Shown here: piece after piece, positions 1 through 14,820 of the stretch | Numbering within the stretch: position 1 is the first letter of the stretch | How the letters are laid out: each line of letters starts with the position of its first letter | Source: the human T2T-CHM13v2.0 reference genome, Homo sapiens | DNA length: 64,000 nucleotides | Direction: 5' to 3' (one strand) | Assembly: GCF_009914755.1 (NCBI RefSeq) | Contig: NC_060944.1 | Program-made: the position numbers and the translations under genes | The notes under the pieces: generated by a model | Database searches by the model: none | Told to the model about the DNA's origin: nothing | Seen by the model: only the letters and a program-made list of their open reading frames with translations

Positions 1-272
1 CAATTACAGTGGTAACATCAAAGATCACTTATCACAGATTGCTCTAGCAGATATGCTTCTTCAGTAATTAAAAAGATTGAATATTGTGAGAATTACCAAA
101 ATGTGGCACAAAGACAAAAAGCGAGCTCACGAAAAGTGAGCATGTACTGTTAGAAAAATGGTGCCCATATACTTGCTCAATTCAATGCAGGGTGCCACAA
201 GCCTTTAATTTATTAAAAATGCAATATCTGCTACAAGCAATCTAGAAAGTACAAAAATGTGAGGTATGTCTG
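1..272 (-). mobile_element. Tigger1 DNA transposon, 5' terminal fragment (runs off window start)
   Basis: Reverse complement matches the Tigger1 left end; TIR-like GAGGTATGTCTG ends at 272 and is followed by a TA target dinucleotide. Confidence 0.8.
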
Positions 273-456
273 TATTAGATGAGAGAAACTAAAGCAAAGT
301 CAGAGGTCTCTAAGGGGAGATTGGCCAGGCCTTTGACCTGCTTCCTATCCATTCAAAGATCATCAGGCCTCAATATATTGACTTCTCATTGCTAAGAATA
401 CATGAGGCTAAGAATAATAATTTATTAATCCACAGTGAGAAATGGAGCCATCACAT

Positions 457-866
457 TATATTAGTCCATTCTTGCATTTCTATAAAGAAATACCTGAGGC
501 TGGGTAATTTATAGAGAAAAGAGGTTTCATTGGCTCACGGTTTTGCAGGCTGTACAGACAGCATGATGGCATCTGCTCAGCTTCTGGGAGGCCCCAGGAA
601 ACTTACCATGATGGCGGAAGGCAAAGGGGAAGCTGGCATTTCACATGGCTGGAGCAGGAGGAAGAGAGGGGGAGGTACCACACACTTTTAACCAACCAGC
701 TCTTGGCAGAACTCACTTTCATGAGAACAGCACTAAGGGATGGTGTTAAACCATCATGAGAAATCCACCCCCATAATCCAACCACCTCCCACCAGGTCCC
801 ACCTCCAACTTTGGGGACTGCAATTTGACATAAGATTTGGTGGTGACACAGATCAAAACCATATCA
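457..866 (-). mobile_element. MSTA-type MaLR solo LTR
   Basis: Starts TATATTAGTCCATTCTTGCA, has the typical GGAAGGCAAAGGGGAAGC core, ends AAACCATATCA. Confidence 0.85.
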
Positions 867-2355
867 CGTATGGAAGAGGATAATGGAGATTTATGATGAG
901 TTTATTTTTTCCCTATCATCAAACTACATGGTTTCTCACTGTGTTCATTTACGACATGAAACCACTGCTGTAAAGACCAGAAATGTTCACATTAAGAAGG
1001 TCAATTTCCTTTCTTTCTCTGTAGCCAACTGATTTGAGAATTTGAAGGTCATCTGGGGAGTACAACATTGGAACAAAGAGAGTTAGATAAAAAAATCCTA
1101 AACAACAGTGGACCAAGGTAGTCAGACACCTCTAGTAAACAAGTTAGCCTTGCCAGTGGGGCAAGATAGAATGATGTCTGTTGGTTTCATCCTGCATCCT
1201 ATTATACTTTAGGAGTGCCCTTACATTGGAATTGGAAGAAACACACCAACTCCAGTGGTTAGACCTTCCTTTCTCTTGGATTATGCTTTGCTGGGCACTG
1301 GTAATAAACTGTCTTGTCCAATCCATCCTTATTTTGATTGACAGATTGATTTTTAGAATATATTACTGTAATGTGTTCCATCTGGTTATAGTCAAGCCTG
1401 TTAGCCTGTGAGCCAATCAGGTGACTTGATCTCTATATGCACTGTCTCATGTTAGGCTGCTCTTATATTTATCTCTGAAGATAATCTGTTATTTCTAAAT
1501 TCTTGAGGACACCTTACTTTAGCCCCCAAATATTAACACAAAATACTTGGTACAAAAATAAGGCAGATTTTTAATGATCAGCGTACATTCTTAAATGACC
1601 TACAATGTTTGGTGCAGTATATCAGGCATGATGTTTTACCCTTTATTTTATACTGAGGACTCTGAACTATGAGTCTTCTAAACAGAACATCTATATATTA
1701 ATTCCTTTGATAAATTAAACTAAAATATTTTCTGGTAGGTTTCTCAAGATTTGATTTCTTGGTCACCAGAGGATATGTTTTCAAGCATCATCTTAAATAG
1801 AAAAATACATGTAAAGTCTAAAATAGCTTGGTCACATGACTTGGCGAAGTCATTTGAATGAAGTTACTTATGAGCCATTTCTTGGTGTGCAATCCTATTA
1901 AATTTATGATGGTCAATTATGATTATGAAAACATGCCAAAAGGCTCTTCCAGGTGTATTTTTACAGCATTTTCATTTTGTTTTTTAGCTTTTTTGGTTGC
2001 TAATCAAATTGTGCTCATCAGAGAATGATCAAAGGATATTTAAGACAAGATTTTGGTTTTCATATACTATTTAATATAAAACTATTGGCTTCATTTTTTA
2101 TACTCTTTTAAATATATTAAAATGTTCATAAGGTATGTGAAAAAAAGGAAAAAGCAGCTTTCAAAAACAGTGTGTAATAATGATTTTAATTTTGTATAGA
2201 TCTCTGTATATATGTATATATATCTAGTTAAGAAAAGGCAGAAAGACATTAAACACAGTATGAATCAGTAATTTTATTTATTTCAGGGTGGTAGGAAATT
2301 TAAGTGAATAATTTAGATTTTTCCTCCCTGATTTTTGTATTAAAAAATATAACTA

Positions 2356-2698
<343 letters not shown>

Positions 2699-4744
2699 AA
2701 AACTAGTGTGCTCTGTTTACTCTAGAATAGCAATAAGTTAAAAAATACTCTGAGAGATTTGTTCTTCATTCTAAAATAGCAGTGTCTTCAGCAATTACTT
2801 TACCATAAAGCTGGTCTCATTATTTTCCTTAAAAAATTTAGGGCACTTGAGTTTTTTTCCCAGTCACCTTTCATCATTGTGACTGATTAATTGAAAATCA
2901 TCGAGTCAGAAGCCACTTTTCTACTCCAAGCTTTGAGCTAGTCAGCGAGAAACTATTTTTGTTAATACAAAAAATAAATAAAGGATATTTCTGTGTTTTC
3001 TCCCATTTCACTTATCCAGTGACATCATTGATTAAAATCCCCATCCTTTGAAGGAAAAATTTTGAGCTACTACTAACTGGAACAGTTCATCTGCTGGAGA
3101 AATTGTTGTGGGGACAACCTGCTTTTTAGATGATAGCTTGCTAGATAAAGTTGTCATTACATTTAGCTTGGTCTTTAATTATAAGCAGATGGATGAATTA
3201 TTTTAACTGCTGCTATATATCTTAACAGTAGTTCATACATTGACACAAAGTGAAGAACATCAAACAGAAATTAAATACTAGGTCAGGAAAACAGCCAGCC
3301 TTCAAGGGAAGCAATTGATCACAAACTGTCATGTTTAAAGGCCAGAAGAATGCAAAATAAACACTTGGGATTAGTGTACTAAATATGGTTCATCTGTCTT
3401 CAGCTCTCCCCTCTGATAATTCATCTATTTCACTTATTTTAATGCTTTATCATGTATCTCTCCAGCTCTGTAATTAGTCTTTCAGGTATTCTCCTTTTCT
3501 TCCTGCCTTTGAAATTTTGTGTGGTGAGATTCTGCAAGGAGAAGATATTATTACCATCCAGTACAAAAGAAGCAACCTTGAAATGGTTATATTTTATAGC
3601 TCATATGCTAGAATTCTTGCTAAAACTTAGAGGGTGTATTAGAATTGGTTTAAAGATAAGGTTTTAGTCAATTTACCATATTCCTTTAAATAGAGAGTTT
3701 AGTTTGGCTTAAACTGATTTTACAAGAGAAATCTGGATTTAGGTTCATTGAACTCAAAATACTTGCCTGCTTTTTTAAAAATAAAAAGTGCATAAATTAA
3801 CTTCTGAATTAACACCAAAATGCTAATACTAGCATTTTATGGCTCAGTAGAGAAAGTCATTTTTCCTTGACTAAAAAGAATATAATTAACACATTTTTTC
3901 CATAGCAATAAATATACTTATGGTTATATAGTCAATTCTGTTTGGGATTTATAATCTGCCATACATTTTGCTCTAGAAGAAGAGTGTTTCCAAGACATAG
4001 ATTTATTAATTTATTAATCAGTCTCAGAATATCAACAATAGTAAATAATTTTCATCTATTATTAAACATTGAAAACCTGAAACAATGCATGCAACCCCAA
4101 TAGATAAACTGTTTCCACCTTAATGTAAACATGTGATGGCTTCTAGTACTTCAAGTGTAGATATAATGTCAAGATATTAACTTATCATATGTTCCTTTAC
4201 AGACTCAAGAGAGTGGGATTTTCTATTTTTAGCTTCACTTTAAACTGCATGTTGTCATTCACTTTGTAGATTATCTGTGGGAAAGTTTAATCCTATCTGA
4301 CTTCCTGTCATAATGTCCCTGTGCTGGGTGTGGGAGCATTCTCAGGGACTCAGTCTTTCCTTGGAATTAACTGAAAACCAGTATCAACTGGAATTTCCAG
4401 TCTGTGGCAAATTCATCTTCTCAAATTAGAATAGATTTTTGTTTTAAAGATTCTCCTATGTTTTTGTTTATGCAATTGCTCACTTTTACTGTTGAGGATT
4501 GACTATTTTGGGAGAAGATATTCCAAATATGATGCTATCAACAATGGTATGTGGGTTTCAGACCAACAGATTGGAGGGTTTTGTACATAAATGCTGAGAA
4601 ATACTTGTCAGCAGAGAGGCAGGTAAGACAATGTAGAATTTGTGTATTATTCTAAAGCAACACATTTCAAATTCAGAAGCTTATGTGACTTGTCTATGAG
4701 TCTATGACTCATTTCTCTGATTTGTATAGAAATGAAACAGTGGG

Positions 4745-4875
4745 AAATTCGGTTTTATTACTAGCTTCTGTGTGATCCTCAGAAAATCTGTTAAGCTCTT
4801 GAAACATACATTTCCTCAGTTATAGAATGAAAATGAAATAAGATAAAGTGTCTGGGACATAGTTAGACTCAACTA
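4745..4875 (+). mobile_element. MIR fragment
   Basis: Degenerate core CTAGCTTCTGTGTGATCCTC...TTTCCTCAGTTATAGAATG. Confidence 0.5.
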
Positions 4876-4927
4876 ACTCCCCTCCCTTCTTCCTTTCCTT
4901 TCTTCTTTCCTTTGGTCCTTTTCAATG

Positions 4928-5740
<813 letters not shown>

Positions 5741-6554
5741 GTGCTTAGAAATCACCATATGTCTTCATTGATTATGAAGAGGTCATAAAAGCAGTTATTT
5801 AAACTCCTTAATAAGAAAAAATTGAGATCTAGCAAGCTATTTTAGTTCTAAATTTGATGCTATCATTTTCTAGCATTGCTTGATTGGTCAAAATCACTTA
5901 CCTGTCTTGGGCATATTTTTCTAATGATAAGATTGGGCTGGAAAGCTCTGCAATTTTTGTAGCTCTAACATTCTAGGGATGATTTTGTAGAAATTGTGAG
6001 TAGCATTCCTGGCATTAGCCATGGTGAAAAATACTCCTGTGTAACTTTGGATCCTCATTGCTTTAGAACTCCTAGCCATAGAATGAAGGTTAGGGGAATA
6101 GGTAATATTTGTTCAGATAAGAAATAGGAGGTTGACCCCCAAATGCAACAGTTGCTGAACATAAGCCTTTATCGTTACAGCCCGATGTTATCCTGGAGTG
6201 GGGGGCATAATTTTCCTGCCTTGCCATCCCACCTAGATGTTTGTTTTCTAGACAGTTGGAATAATTAATCAATGTTTAGTACAGTGCCATACATATAGTT
6301 GTTACTAAATAGATATTGCAGATGGATTATTTTATTATATTTATCATATATTCTCTGGATGTTTTCTGCCTGTCATCAGCTGAATATGCAAAGCAGTGAG
6401 TTAAGGAATCTAGGGGTATCTGAACCACAGGTCCAGTGGAAACCTGTATGACCCGGTAGGTGGGTAGTACAACCTCACATTCTGTGCTAATCCATTTCGT
6501 TTTCCTATTCAGAGTCTTATTTCTGTTTAATTGTGAAATAAATGGCAGCAATTA

Positions 6555-6765
6555 TTAAGTATTGAGAGCTTGGAAATGTGCCGGGCACCCTATCAAGCCT
6601 TATCTTATTTAGGTCTCACAAGGCTTGTGTGAAACAGGCATTATTATTCCCATCTTACAGATATGGAGGCATGAGTTTAGTGAGGATAATTAATGGGTCT
6701 TAAGTCATTAAACTACAGAGTGATGAGTTTGTATGTTTGTTCTCCAAATCTGGCCCTTTGTTCAT
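6555..6765 (-). mobile_element. MIR fragment
   Basis: ATTATTATTCCCATCTTACAGATATGGAGGC core. Confidence 0.55.
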
Positions 6766-6779
6766 TCCATTATTTCTGT

Positions 6780-7088
6780 TTTTTTTTTTTTCTTTTTTTC
6801 TTTTTTTTGAGATGGAGTCTCACTCTCTCCCCCAGGCTGGAGTGCAGTGGTGTGATCTCGGCTCACTGCAAGCTCCACATCCCGGTTCATGCCATTCTCC
6901 TGCCTCAGCCTCCCGAGTAGCTGGGACTACAGGCGCCCACCACCACGCCCGGCTAATTTTTTGTATTTTTAGTAGAGATGGGGTTTCACCGTGTTAGCCA
7001 GGATGGTCTTCACCTCCTGACCTCGTGATCCACCCACCTCGGCCTCCCAAAGTGCTGGGATTACAGGCATGAGCCACCGCGCCAGGCC
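6780..7088 (-). mobile_element. AluY
   Basis: Y diagnostics; TSD TATTTCTGT at 6771-6779 and 7089-7097. Confidence 0.97.
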
Positions 7089-7334
7089 TATTTCTGTGGT
7101 CTTTATTGTTGTATAATGTTTGTTCATATCACCACTATGGGGGTGAGAAATGGGCAATTGTGCCAAATGTGCAATGTGTGAAAGCATGGATATTCATTAT
7201 TTAAAAAACATTTTAAGGTTAGAATGAATCACCAGCCCTTATTTTTAGTAAAGGCCTACTGCTTATGGGACATCAAGTCTCCTGAAGCCTTGGTTTTTCT
7301 CATTTGTAAAATGAGTCTTTGTTAGAGTAATGTC

Positions 7335-7612
7335 TGCTATGGACTGAATGTTTGGCTGCATTTGGACATGGGGCCTCTAAGAAAGTATTTAAGGTTAAGT
7401 GAGGTCCCAAAGTAGGGCCTTGATCTTACAGAATTCGTATCCTCATAAGAAGAGACACCAGCAAGCTCTCTCTCTCCATCACGTGAGTACAAAGCAAAAA
7501 GCAAGCCAGGGAGGGAGTCCTCACCAGCACCCGACCATATTGGCACCGTGATCCCAGACTTTCAACCTCCAGAACTGTGAGAAAATAAATTTCTGTTATA
7601 TAAATCACCTAG
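7335..7612 (+). mobile_element. MaLR LTR (MLT1A/MSTD-like), internally deleted
   Basis: TGCTATGGACTGAATGTTTG start; CCTCCAGAACTGTGAGAAAATAAATTTCTGTT 3' part. Confidence 0.75.
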
Positions 7613-7654
7613 TTAGAGGAGTGATTTCATTGTCCTTCCTGCTGAATAACCTCA

Positions 7655-8183
7655 TGTGGTCATCAGCCTCCAAAGTTCCTCTCCTCCTGGCATTTATGTC
7701 CTTGTGTAGTCACTTTCTATATCATGTCAGAGCTGCTGTGTTTGGCTAATACCATATAGCAGAGATGATGGTGTGTGATTTTCAAGGCTAGATCACACAC
7801 AAAAAAATTGGAGTTTCTGTCTTGGGCTCTTAGATTGTATGCTCTGAGGGAAATAGGTCACCATGCTGTCAGGAAACTCAAGCAGCCCTGTGAAGAGACC
7901 CACGTAGGAAAGAATTGAGACCTCCTACTAATACTGGCACCAACTTGCCAGCCATGTGAGCCATCTTGAGTACAGATCCTGCAGTCCCAGAGAAGACTTC
8001 AGATGACTACAGCCCCAGCAGATACCTTGATTATAACCTCATTAGAGACTCCAAACCAGAACCATGCAGCTATGCTGCCTCTAAATTCCTGACACATAAA
8101 AGCTGTGAGAGCTGATAAATGTGTATTGTTTTAAGCCACTAACTTTTGGGGTTATTTGTTATAAAGCAATAGAAAAGTATCAT
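7655..8183 (+). mobile_element. MLT1F-like MaLR LTR
   Basis: ACTCAAGCAGCCCTGTG, CACCAACTTGCCAGCCATGTGAG and TTTTAAGCCACTAACTTTTGGGGTTATTTGTTA motifs. Confidence 0.75.
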
Positions 8184-8276
8184 AGTACTGCTCACCAGCA
8201 ATTTATGCCTTCCTGGAGATGCAGAGCAGTCTGACGGGGCTTTTCCTAGCTCAGCAGTATTCCCCATGGGAACAGG

Positions 8277-9021
8277 CAGTGGTGTGCTGCTAGATGTTTA
8301 ACAACTGGCTTCCCAGCAAGCAAGAAAACAAAGATCCTGATTTGTAGTATTTGACAATTTCCATGGTGTAAATACCCCCACCATGGTCAGCTTTAAGCTA
8401 CCAATGTGATATCATTGAAGATGGCACTGGGGAGGGATGCATAGTAGCAAACTGTCACATCGCATTTCCACTATACAGATATAATTGTTGGAAATAGGAT
8501 AGGTGTGGTGGCTCATGCTCGTAATCTCAACACTGGATGGCCGTGGTAGGAGGATGACTTTAGGCCAGGAGAGTTCAAGACTAGCCTGGGCAACATGGCA
8601 AGATCTCATCTCTACAAAAAATTAAAAAGTTAGCTGGGCATGGTGGCCATGTGCCTGTAGTTCCAGGTACTCAGGAGGTTGAGGTGGAAGGATTGCTTGA
8701 GCCCAGAAGGTTGAGGCTACAGTAAGTCTTCATCATGCCACTACACTCCAGCTTGGGTGACAGAGTGAGACCTTATTGTAAAGAAAAAAAAATAGTTGGA
8801 TTTAGCCTCAAAAGCATAGATAATAGTAAAATGTAGTAAAATCATTAGGGAATAAGGAGGTTTGAGTGTTTATTACTTTTGTTTTTAATATAATTTATTT
8901 AATTGTAAGCACCTATAATTTAACTTTTAACTGTGGTTATATTTTATAATCAGCTCACAAAATTCCTAAAAATTTAACAATTGGCTCTTGTGTGCTAGCA
9001 GGACCTGGCTTTAGTACATCA
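8277..9021 (-). mobile_element. MER63 (hAT-Blackjack) non-autonomous DNA transposon, interrupted by AluJ
   Basis: TIR CAGTGGTGTGCTG at 8277; GGTGTAAATACCCCCACCATGG and AATAGTAAAATGTAGTAAAAT internal motifs. Confidence 0.75.
8497..8792 (+). mobile_element. AluJ
   Basis: Diverged dimer with J features (GGATTGCTTGAGCCCAG); degenerate TSD AAT(T/A)GTTGGA. Confidence 0.92.
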
Positions 9022-9499
9022 TACCAAAGTGATTTTTTTCAGTGACATTGTTTATTTGGATTGTTGTCTAATTACATCACCATTTGGGTAGTGATAAACT
9101 TCACATCTATAATAAATTGTTTTCACATCTCTAACAGATAGTGACTGGAGACACTTAAATGGAATAATTTTAGGAGTTTATGATATTTGGTTTGTTCAAA
9201 GTCACCATCCTGGAAAGTGCTCGACCAGGTGACTGTTATTTGCCTCTAATTTGGGTTCTAAATGGAAGAAATACTAAGAATTGGATAATGTGACATACAA
9301 TTGTATGAAAAACAAACAAACAAACTGACTTCCACATTTTAGAAACACACTGGTTCTTTACTATGTGGGTCAGGGTATCACTTTTACTGCCATGTCCTGC
9401 TTTCTGGGGTCTTTATAGCCTTCTACTTTTCCTGCTGCTGGGTCTTCTCTAAGCTTCTAAGAGACCATACAATTTGCTGATTACAAATGTAAACTTCAG

Positions 9500-9685
9500 A
9501 ATTACAATGGATTCCTGGCTCCTTAATAGCTATGTGACCTTGGGCATGTTACTTATCCTCTCCAAAATTCAAATTCTTTATTTATAAATAGGGTTGTTAT
9601 AGGGAGGCAATAAAATCATGTTTGTAATATGCTTAGCAGAACACCTGATACATAAAACTATACACTATTATTAGCTATTATTTAT
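9500..9685 (+). mobile_element. MIR
   Basis: TAGCTATGTGACCTTGGGCATGTTACTTA core and TTAGCTATTATT tail. Confidence 0.65.
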
Positions 9686-10369
9686 TCAAAATAATTGGGT
9701 GATTCACTGAGACCATCCCTGGTTTACACAAACTGTGTTGCTCAAAAGTTCCTTTGGATCTCTTTGCGGTATAAATTACCTCCAACAGTTCTCATTCACT
9801 CTAAAAATATCTTTCCTAAATGTTCAGTCTGAGAGCAGCTGAAGAAAGGAGGGTCCTGGCAGACAGTGTTTTAAGCACAGTAACCCCACCATGGCCCAAG
9901 AAACTTTCTGTCTGAGTGTACACTGGGAAGGGAAGCTCCTCCTCTGCAGAGATTGGAGCTGTTTCTGAAGAGGAAAAGGGGCAGAGTCCTCTTTTCCATG
10001 GAACATGAGGATGGCGACTCAGTTTCTCCTCACACTGAGTGTGCAGTGATTACTTTCCATGAATCCTCCTCTCTGGGTTTCTCTCAAATACCATTAATAC
10101 CAAGACCCATCAAGCTCAAGACTATAGGATTTTTTGTCTCTTATAGAGCTTCCACCTAACCTTATTGGGGTGGGAGAGGAGATATTTATTATAGACTAAG
10201 GTAGTCTCCTTGGTTTAGGTGATGTACCCTTCACCCAAGCCCCCACTAGTCTTCCAGTGCTATTCAGTGAAAGGTGGCATCATTCTTTTCCTCCAAGGCG
10301 CCAAGTGTCAGAAGTTATCTCAATTGTCCTCCCATTAATTCTTCTGAGTGACTCTGAGTTGGGATCAAA

Positions 10370-10520
10370 CACAGATTTAGACAAATCACTTAGCTTCTCA
10401 AAGCTTCAGTTTAAAAAAATCTATAAAATAGTGATGAGAATGGGTTTATTATATGCTTCCTAGAGTTATCGTGAAGATTAAACACCATGTAAGGGTGTTA
10501 CATGTGAAGTACTTAACAAC
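10370..10520 (+). mobile_element. MIR fragment
   Basis: AAATCACTTAGCTTCTC...CTTCAGTTT...GTTATCGTGAAGATTAAA. Confidence 0.55.
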
Positions 10521-11614
10521 CTAGCAAGACCTGATGTTTTCACAGATCAGTTACACACCCCATCGACATGGATTTTTCTATTTCGAAAATATAAACATTA
10601 CTCTTTCTTCATTTGACCAATCAATTCGAGTTTTAAATTTCTTCCTCTACTTAGTACCTTTTTTTTTCCTTGCAAATATAGGTTTCAGGAAACTCAGTAG
10701 ATTCCACTCTTGCCTGGGATACTTAGATTAACCCCCTACAGCCTCTGGCAGGAACAAAGGCATGGATGAAAGAGAGAGGAGCGTGGTGATACAAAGCTGA
10801 CTGCAGAGACACATGGCTTCTGCCAATGCCAGAGGAACAGGTGAGCCGGCTGGACAAGACGGACACTCAGATGTCTTGCTTCTCAAATGTCTTGCTTCTC
10901 ACCTACCTCTGGAGGAAAACTCAGAGGATGCCTAGGCTCAAACCAATCTTTATTATACTGGTGCCACAACACAGCATTGCACCTCTTTGATGCCCTACCC
11001 CCATTCCATTTCATCTTAAAAAAATACAATTCTTTGCATTGAATTTATTCCCCTCCTCCTCCCACATATGTTGATGAAAATCGGTTGATGGTGGTAGATA
11101 CAAATTAGCCTTGCTAACTAACTGGAAATCTTCCAGGGACATATCAGCAATAACGATTTGGAAAGCAGTATGCTGTGGAGTCTTGTCATAAGGATAATGA
11201 TTTTTTTTTCTTGTAGCAGCTTGGTTTCTCCTTCTCTGGGTAAATTTTTATTTTTTCATCTAAGACACCTTCGTGATTATGAGGGATGGATCTCTTAAGC
11301 TTTGTTAATGGCTAGGCCAGAATTGGAACAAGGATGGAGAAGGTACAAGTCCTGTGGTCACAGAGCTCACAGGGGGACAGATTAGTCAACAGACTTGTCT
11401 AATACTGTCTGTTGAGAACAAGGATGAAGGTTTGCATACGGATTATGACAGTACATGAGCAGGAGCGTCACACATTGCTTCTGCAAGAGGCTGACTCACA
11501 AGTTGAGCTTTGCAGCGTGATGTGTGATCATTCCCCATTCTTCTCTCTACCACTTCCAGATCCATTCTTTTTTTGGCCCAAATTGGCATCCTAGGATCCT
11601 GACTCCCGCCTAGT

Positions 11615-12042
11615 GTGTATTGTGATTCCCCACCCAGTCCCTCATCTAGAAATGCAGGACTTAGTCCCCTAAATGCTGGAAGACCAACCTCACATGTCAA
11701 CCCTTTTTTGGGATTTTGTCTCCTGAAGAACATGTCTCATCTAAGGTCGTGCCTCCTCTCAGGGGCAGCTGTGTCCAGTGACTGATTATTGAGGGGCTAT
11801 AAAGGCCACCCCTCCTCCCGCCACCATTTGCTCCAACTTGAAAGAAATCTGAAGGATCATTCAAGCTTCAGAGCTTGCATGGACTCATCTGAGGCCTTAG
11901 CTGGGTATGCACCATGTGCCACCTCCTCCTCTGCCCAATCCTGTTTCCTTCCTCTCCCTTCCAGGGTTGGTCATCCCAAGAGCACTCTCTGTTAAGTGTC
12001 CTGCACACTAACCCCCATCTCTAGTGAACCCAACCTACAACA
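11615..12042 (+). mobile_element. LTR16-family ERVL LTR
   Basis: GGGGCAGCTGTGTCCAGTGACTG, TATAAAGGCC, CTCTGCCCAATCCTGTTTCCTTCCTCTCCCTTCCA and AACCCAACCTACAACA end. Confidence 0.65.
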
Positions 12043-12384
12043 TCTGTGGACTGCAGGGCCCAGGCTAACTGGCTGGCTGGATTCCTGATGGGTTCAGCCA
12101 GTAGCCTGTGATCAGAGGTGGGGAAGACAGAGAAGCATTTACTCTGTGTGCCATGTACCCTCCCTTCTTCCACACTGTTCTCTGGCAGAAGCTGTTCTCT
12201 CTGGGACTATGGTCCTATCCAGGCAGGTGCTTCTCTCTGGTGCCTGCTCTCACTCACTCAGCTCTGAGAGTAGTAATGTTCTCTCTGTTGCTAGTCTCTG
12301 GGAGACAACGCAACATCTCTAGTTGGTTTCCTTAATTTTATTTTCTTAACCCAAATAGATCCATTGGTTCCAACTTCAGTTGAA

Positions 12385-12784
12385 GTAGTGGTCTGCTGGT
12401 AAATGTTTAACAACTGGATCTCTGGCAGAAAAACAAAAAAGTCCACATTTGTAGCATTTGCCAATTTCTGTGGGGTAAATATTCTCACCATGGCCCAAAA
12501 TGATTCCATGAGACACAGGGTTGGGAAAAGATGCTCAGTAGTTCCACTATAAAGATAAAATAGATGTAAATAATCTCACGATTGTACATAATAGTGAAAT
12601 GTAGTGAAATAATGAGGAAGAGAGATGAGAGATGTGTTTTGATTATCATTACTTTTGTTTTTAGTATAATTAGTTATGAATTAATTTAATTTTTAATAAT
12701 GACTATGTTTAACAACTAACTTGCAAAATTCCTGGGAATTAGCAGTTGACTCTTCCCAGACGAGTCAGCTCCAGCACAAGACTG
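12385..12784 (-). mobile_element. MER63 DNA transposon (second copy)
   Basis: Same motif order as 8277-9021; ends GCTCCAGCACAAGACTG. Confidence 0.75.
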
Positions 12785-14395
12785 AGTTGAAATATCTGAG
12801 CAGAACTTTGTTTTATGCTGGGACCCTGCCTGATTTAGGCAAGCAGCAGTAAGACAGGGAAGTTACAGATGAAGCTGAGAAATGACTGATGGGGGAAGGG
12901 AGGGGTTGAAGTGCAAGTGTGGGACAGGGTAGGTAGAATCCAAGGTGGAAAGACCAGCATGTGGGTATGGATCAAGGTGCACCGCTTACCAGATTCTCAG
13001 CCCCCCAAACAGTGGGAACTGTAGATGTCACATGACTTCTGCCTTTTTTTGGGACAGCTCTGCCCCTTTATAACTTTTGGCTATTTGGGCACACCATAAA
13101 CGTCATAAAGGAAAATAAATCTGGTGATAGAGCCTCAGAGGAGGAATTTGGTTTTTCAAATGAGCTTTGTCAAATTTCCAGGAAAACGATACCAAGGTCT
13201 GAAGTTCGAGTTCTGTATCTCAGGAGTATGAATGTGTCTAGGGGGTTTGGGGTGATTCAGTTGGGAAAAAGGGTGTAGAATATTATTAGTTGGAGAAGGT
13301 CAAAAGACTGATAGAGATTGAGAAGACATTGAACAGATAGGAGTGAGTTTGCAAATCAGAGTTTTTTTCTTTTAAAGCAAATTTTCTTCTAAAGTTTTAT
13401 GTCTATACTTATTCTGAAAATATGGAACTATGCATCAGTGTTTTGGCAAATATATTTCCAGTATGACCAGACTGAAAATACAGAAGTGAGGAGATAATTG
13501 ATTTTGAAAAGTTATACTCATCCATATTTTCTGGTAGGGTTGAGATCACATTTTTGACACACTCAGATCCTGGCTATGTGCTGTGCATCAGGAGATGTAT
13601 TAATAGAGCATCCTAACTGTTCTAGATAATGATGAAGTGCCTCTTGAGGCTGCATGTTCCAAATCTGACGTCAACTGTGCCAATATTCTGAGAGAAAAGA
13701 CAACTTCTAATCATTTCTCATGCTAAAACAGTTCCACAGCCATTCTTAATCCATGAAATGTGTGCTATTGAAAAAGAAACATGGCTTCCCCTATCAAATC
13801 AGGGAAGATGTTATTTCAGAACTCATAAGTGGATAGATCATTGGCTCACAGTCCAGACATTCTAGGAGCAAAACTTCTGGGCTGAATGGATCGATGGGTA
13901 GCTCATACCTAGGAACTATCCTGAAGCATTTCATTAACTAGTAAGTCACTGCACCCTATAGATGGGTGTGTGTCAGATCACATTCAAAATTGGCATGTAA
14001 AAGCAAAAACACTGTTTCTATGATCCCTTCAGTTCAAAACAAAATTCCTTTTAGGAAGGGATTTAGTCTATGGAGTATCTTTACATTTTGAAGTCCTTCC
14101 CACCTAGAGGAAGAAAGATGGAGTGACAATGAGTGAAATTTAATTTGCTTATTCTCATATATTATTTTAGTAATTAAGTACATTTGTTTATATTTTGTAT
14201 TGTGTGTGGCACTTCATAATATATAGGATTTTCTTTTTTCATCCCTCCCCAGTTTTCAATCCAATATATTACCAATATAAGTAGCTGCAACTACTATTAT
14301 TTGTGTAGAGTTTTACAGTTTGTGAAGTCTTATACTGTTTCAGTTAATTCTCACCATAACCCAAATAGGTGGTCATTAGTCATCATATTTTATGC

Positions 14396-14820
14396 TGTTA
14401 AATTAAATCTAGCCTAAAGCTGCCTCCTTTGCAACTTCAGCCTAAAACATTCTCCATAGTGATCTATAGCCTACCTGGATTGTAAACAGACTGTAACCTA
14501 CTCTTTAAAAAGTAGCTGAATCCCAGCCAATCCCAGCAGCCACACTTTGACCGCTCAGAGATGGCCAACTATTCAGACCATGTTCACATAAGGCAAATGT
14601 GGAGCCATAACCAATCTGGCTGTTTCTGTACTTCATTTCCATTTTCTGTATGTAACTTTCCTTTTTCTGTCCATAAATCATCTTCAACTATGCAGCAATA
14701 TTGTAGTCCCTCTTAACCTATCCTGTTTGGAAGGTGGTGGGGGTTGCCAGTTCATGAATTATTCTTTGCTCAATTAAACTCTGTTGTTAAATTTATTTGT
14801 CTAAAGTTTTTCTTTTAACA
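14396..14820 (+). mobile_element. MER57 ERV1 solo LTR inserted in a MIR
   Basis: TGTTAAATTAAATCTAGCCTAAAGCTGCCTCC...TTTTCTTTTAACA; perfect 4-bp TSD ATGC (14392-14395 and 14821-14824). Confidence 0.88.
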
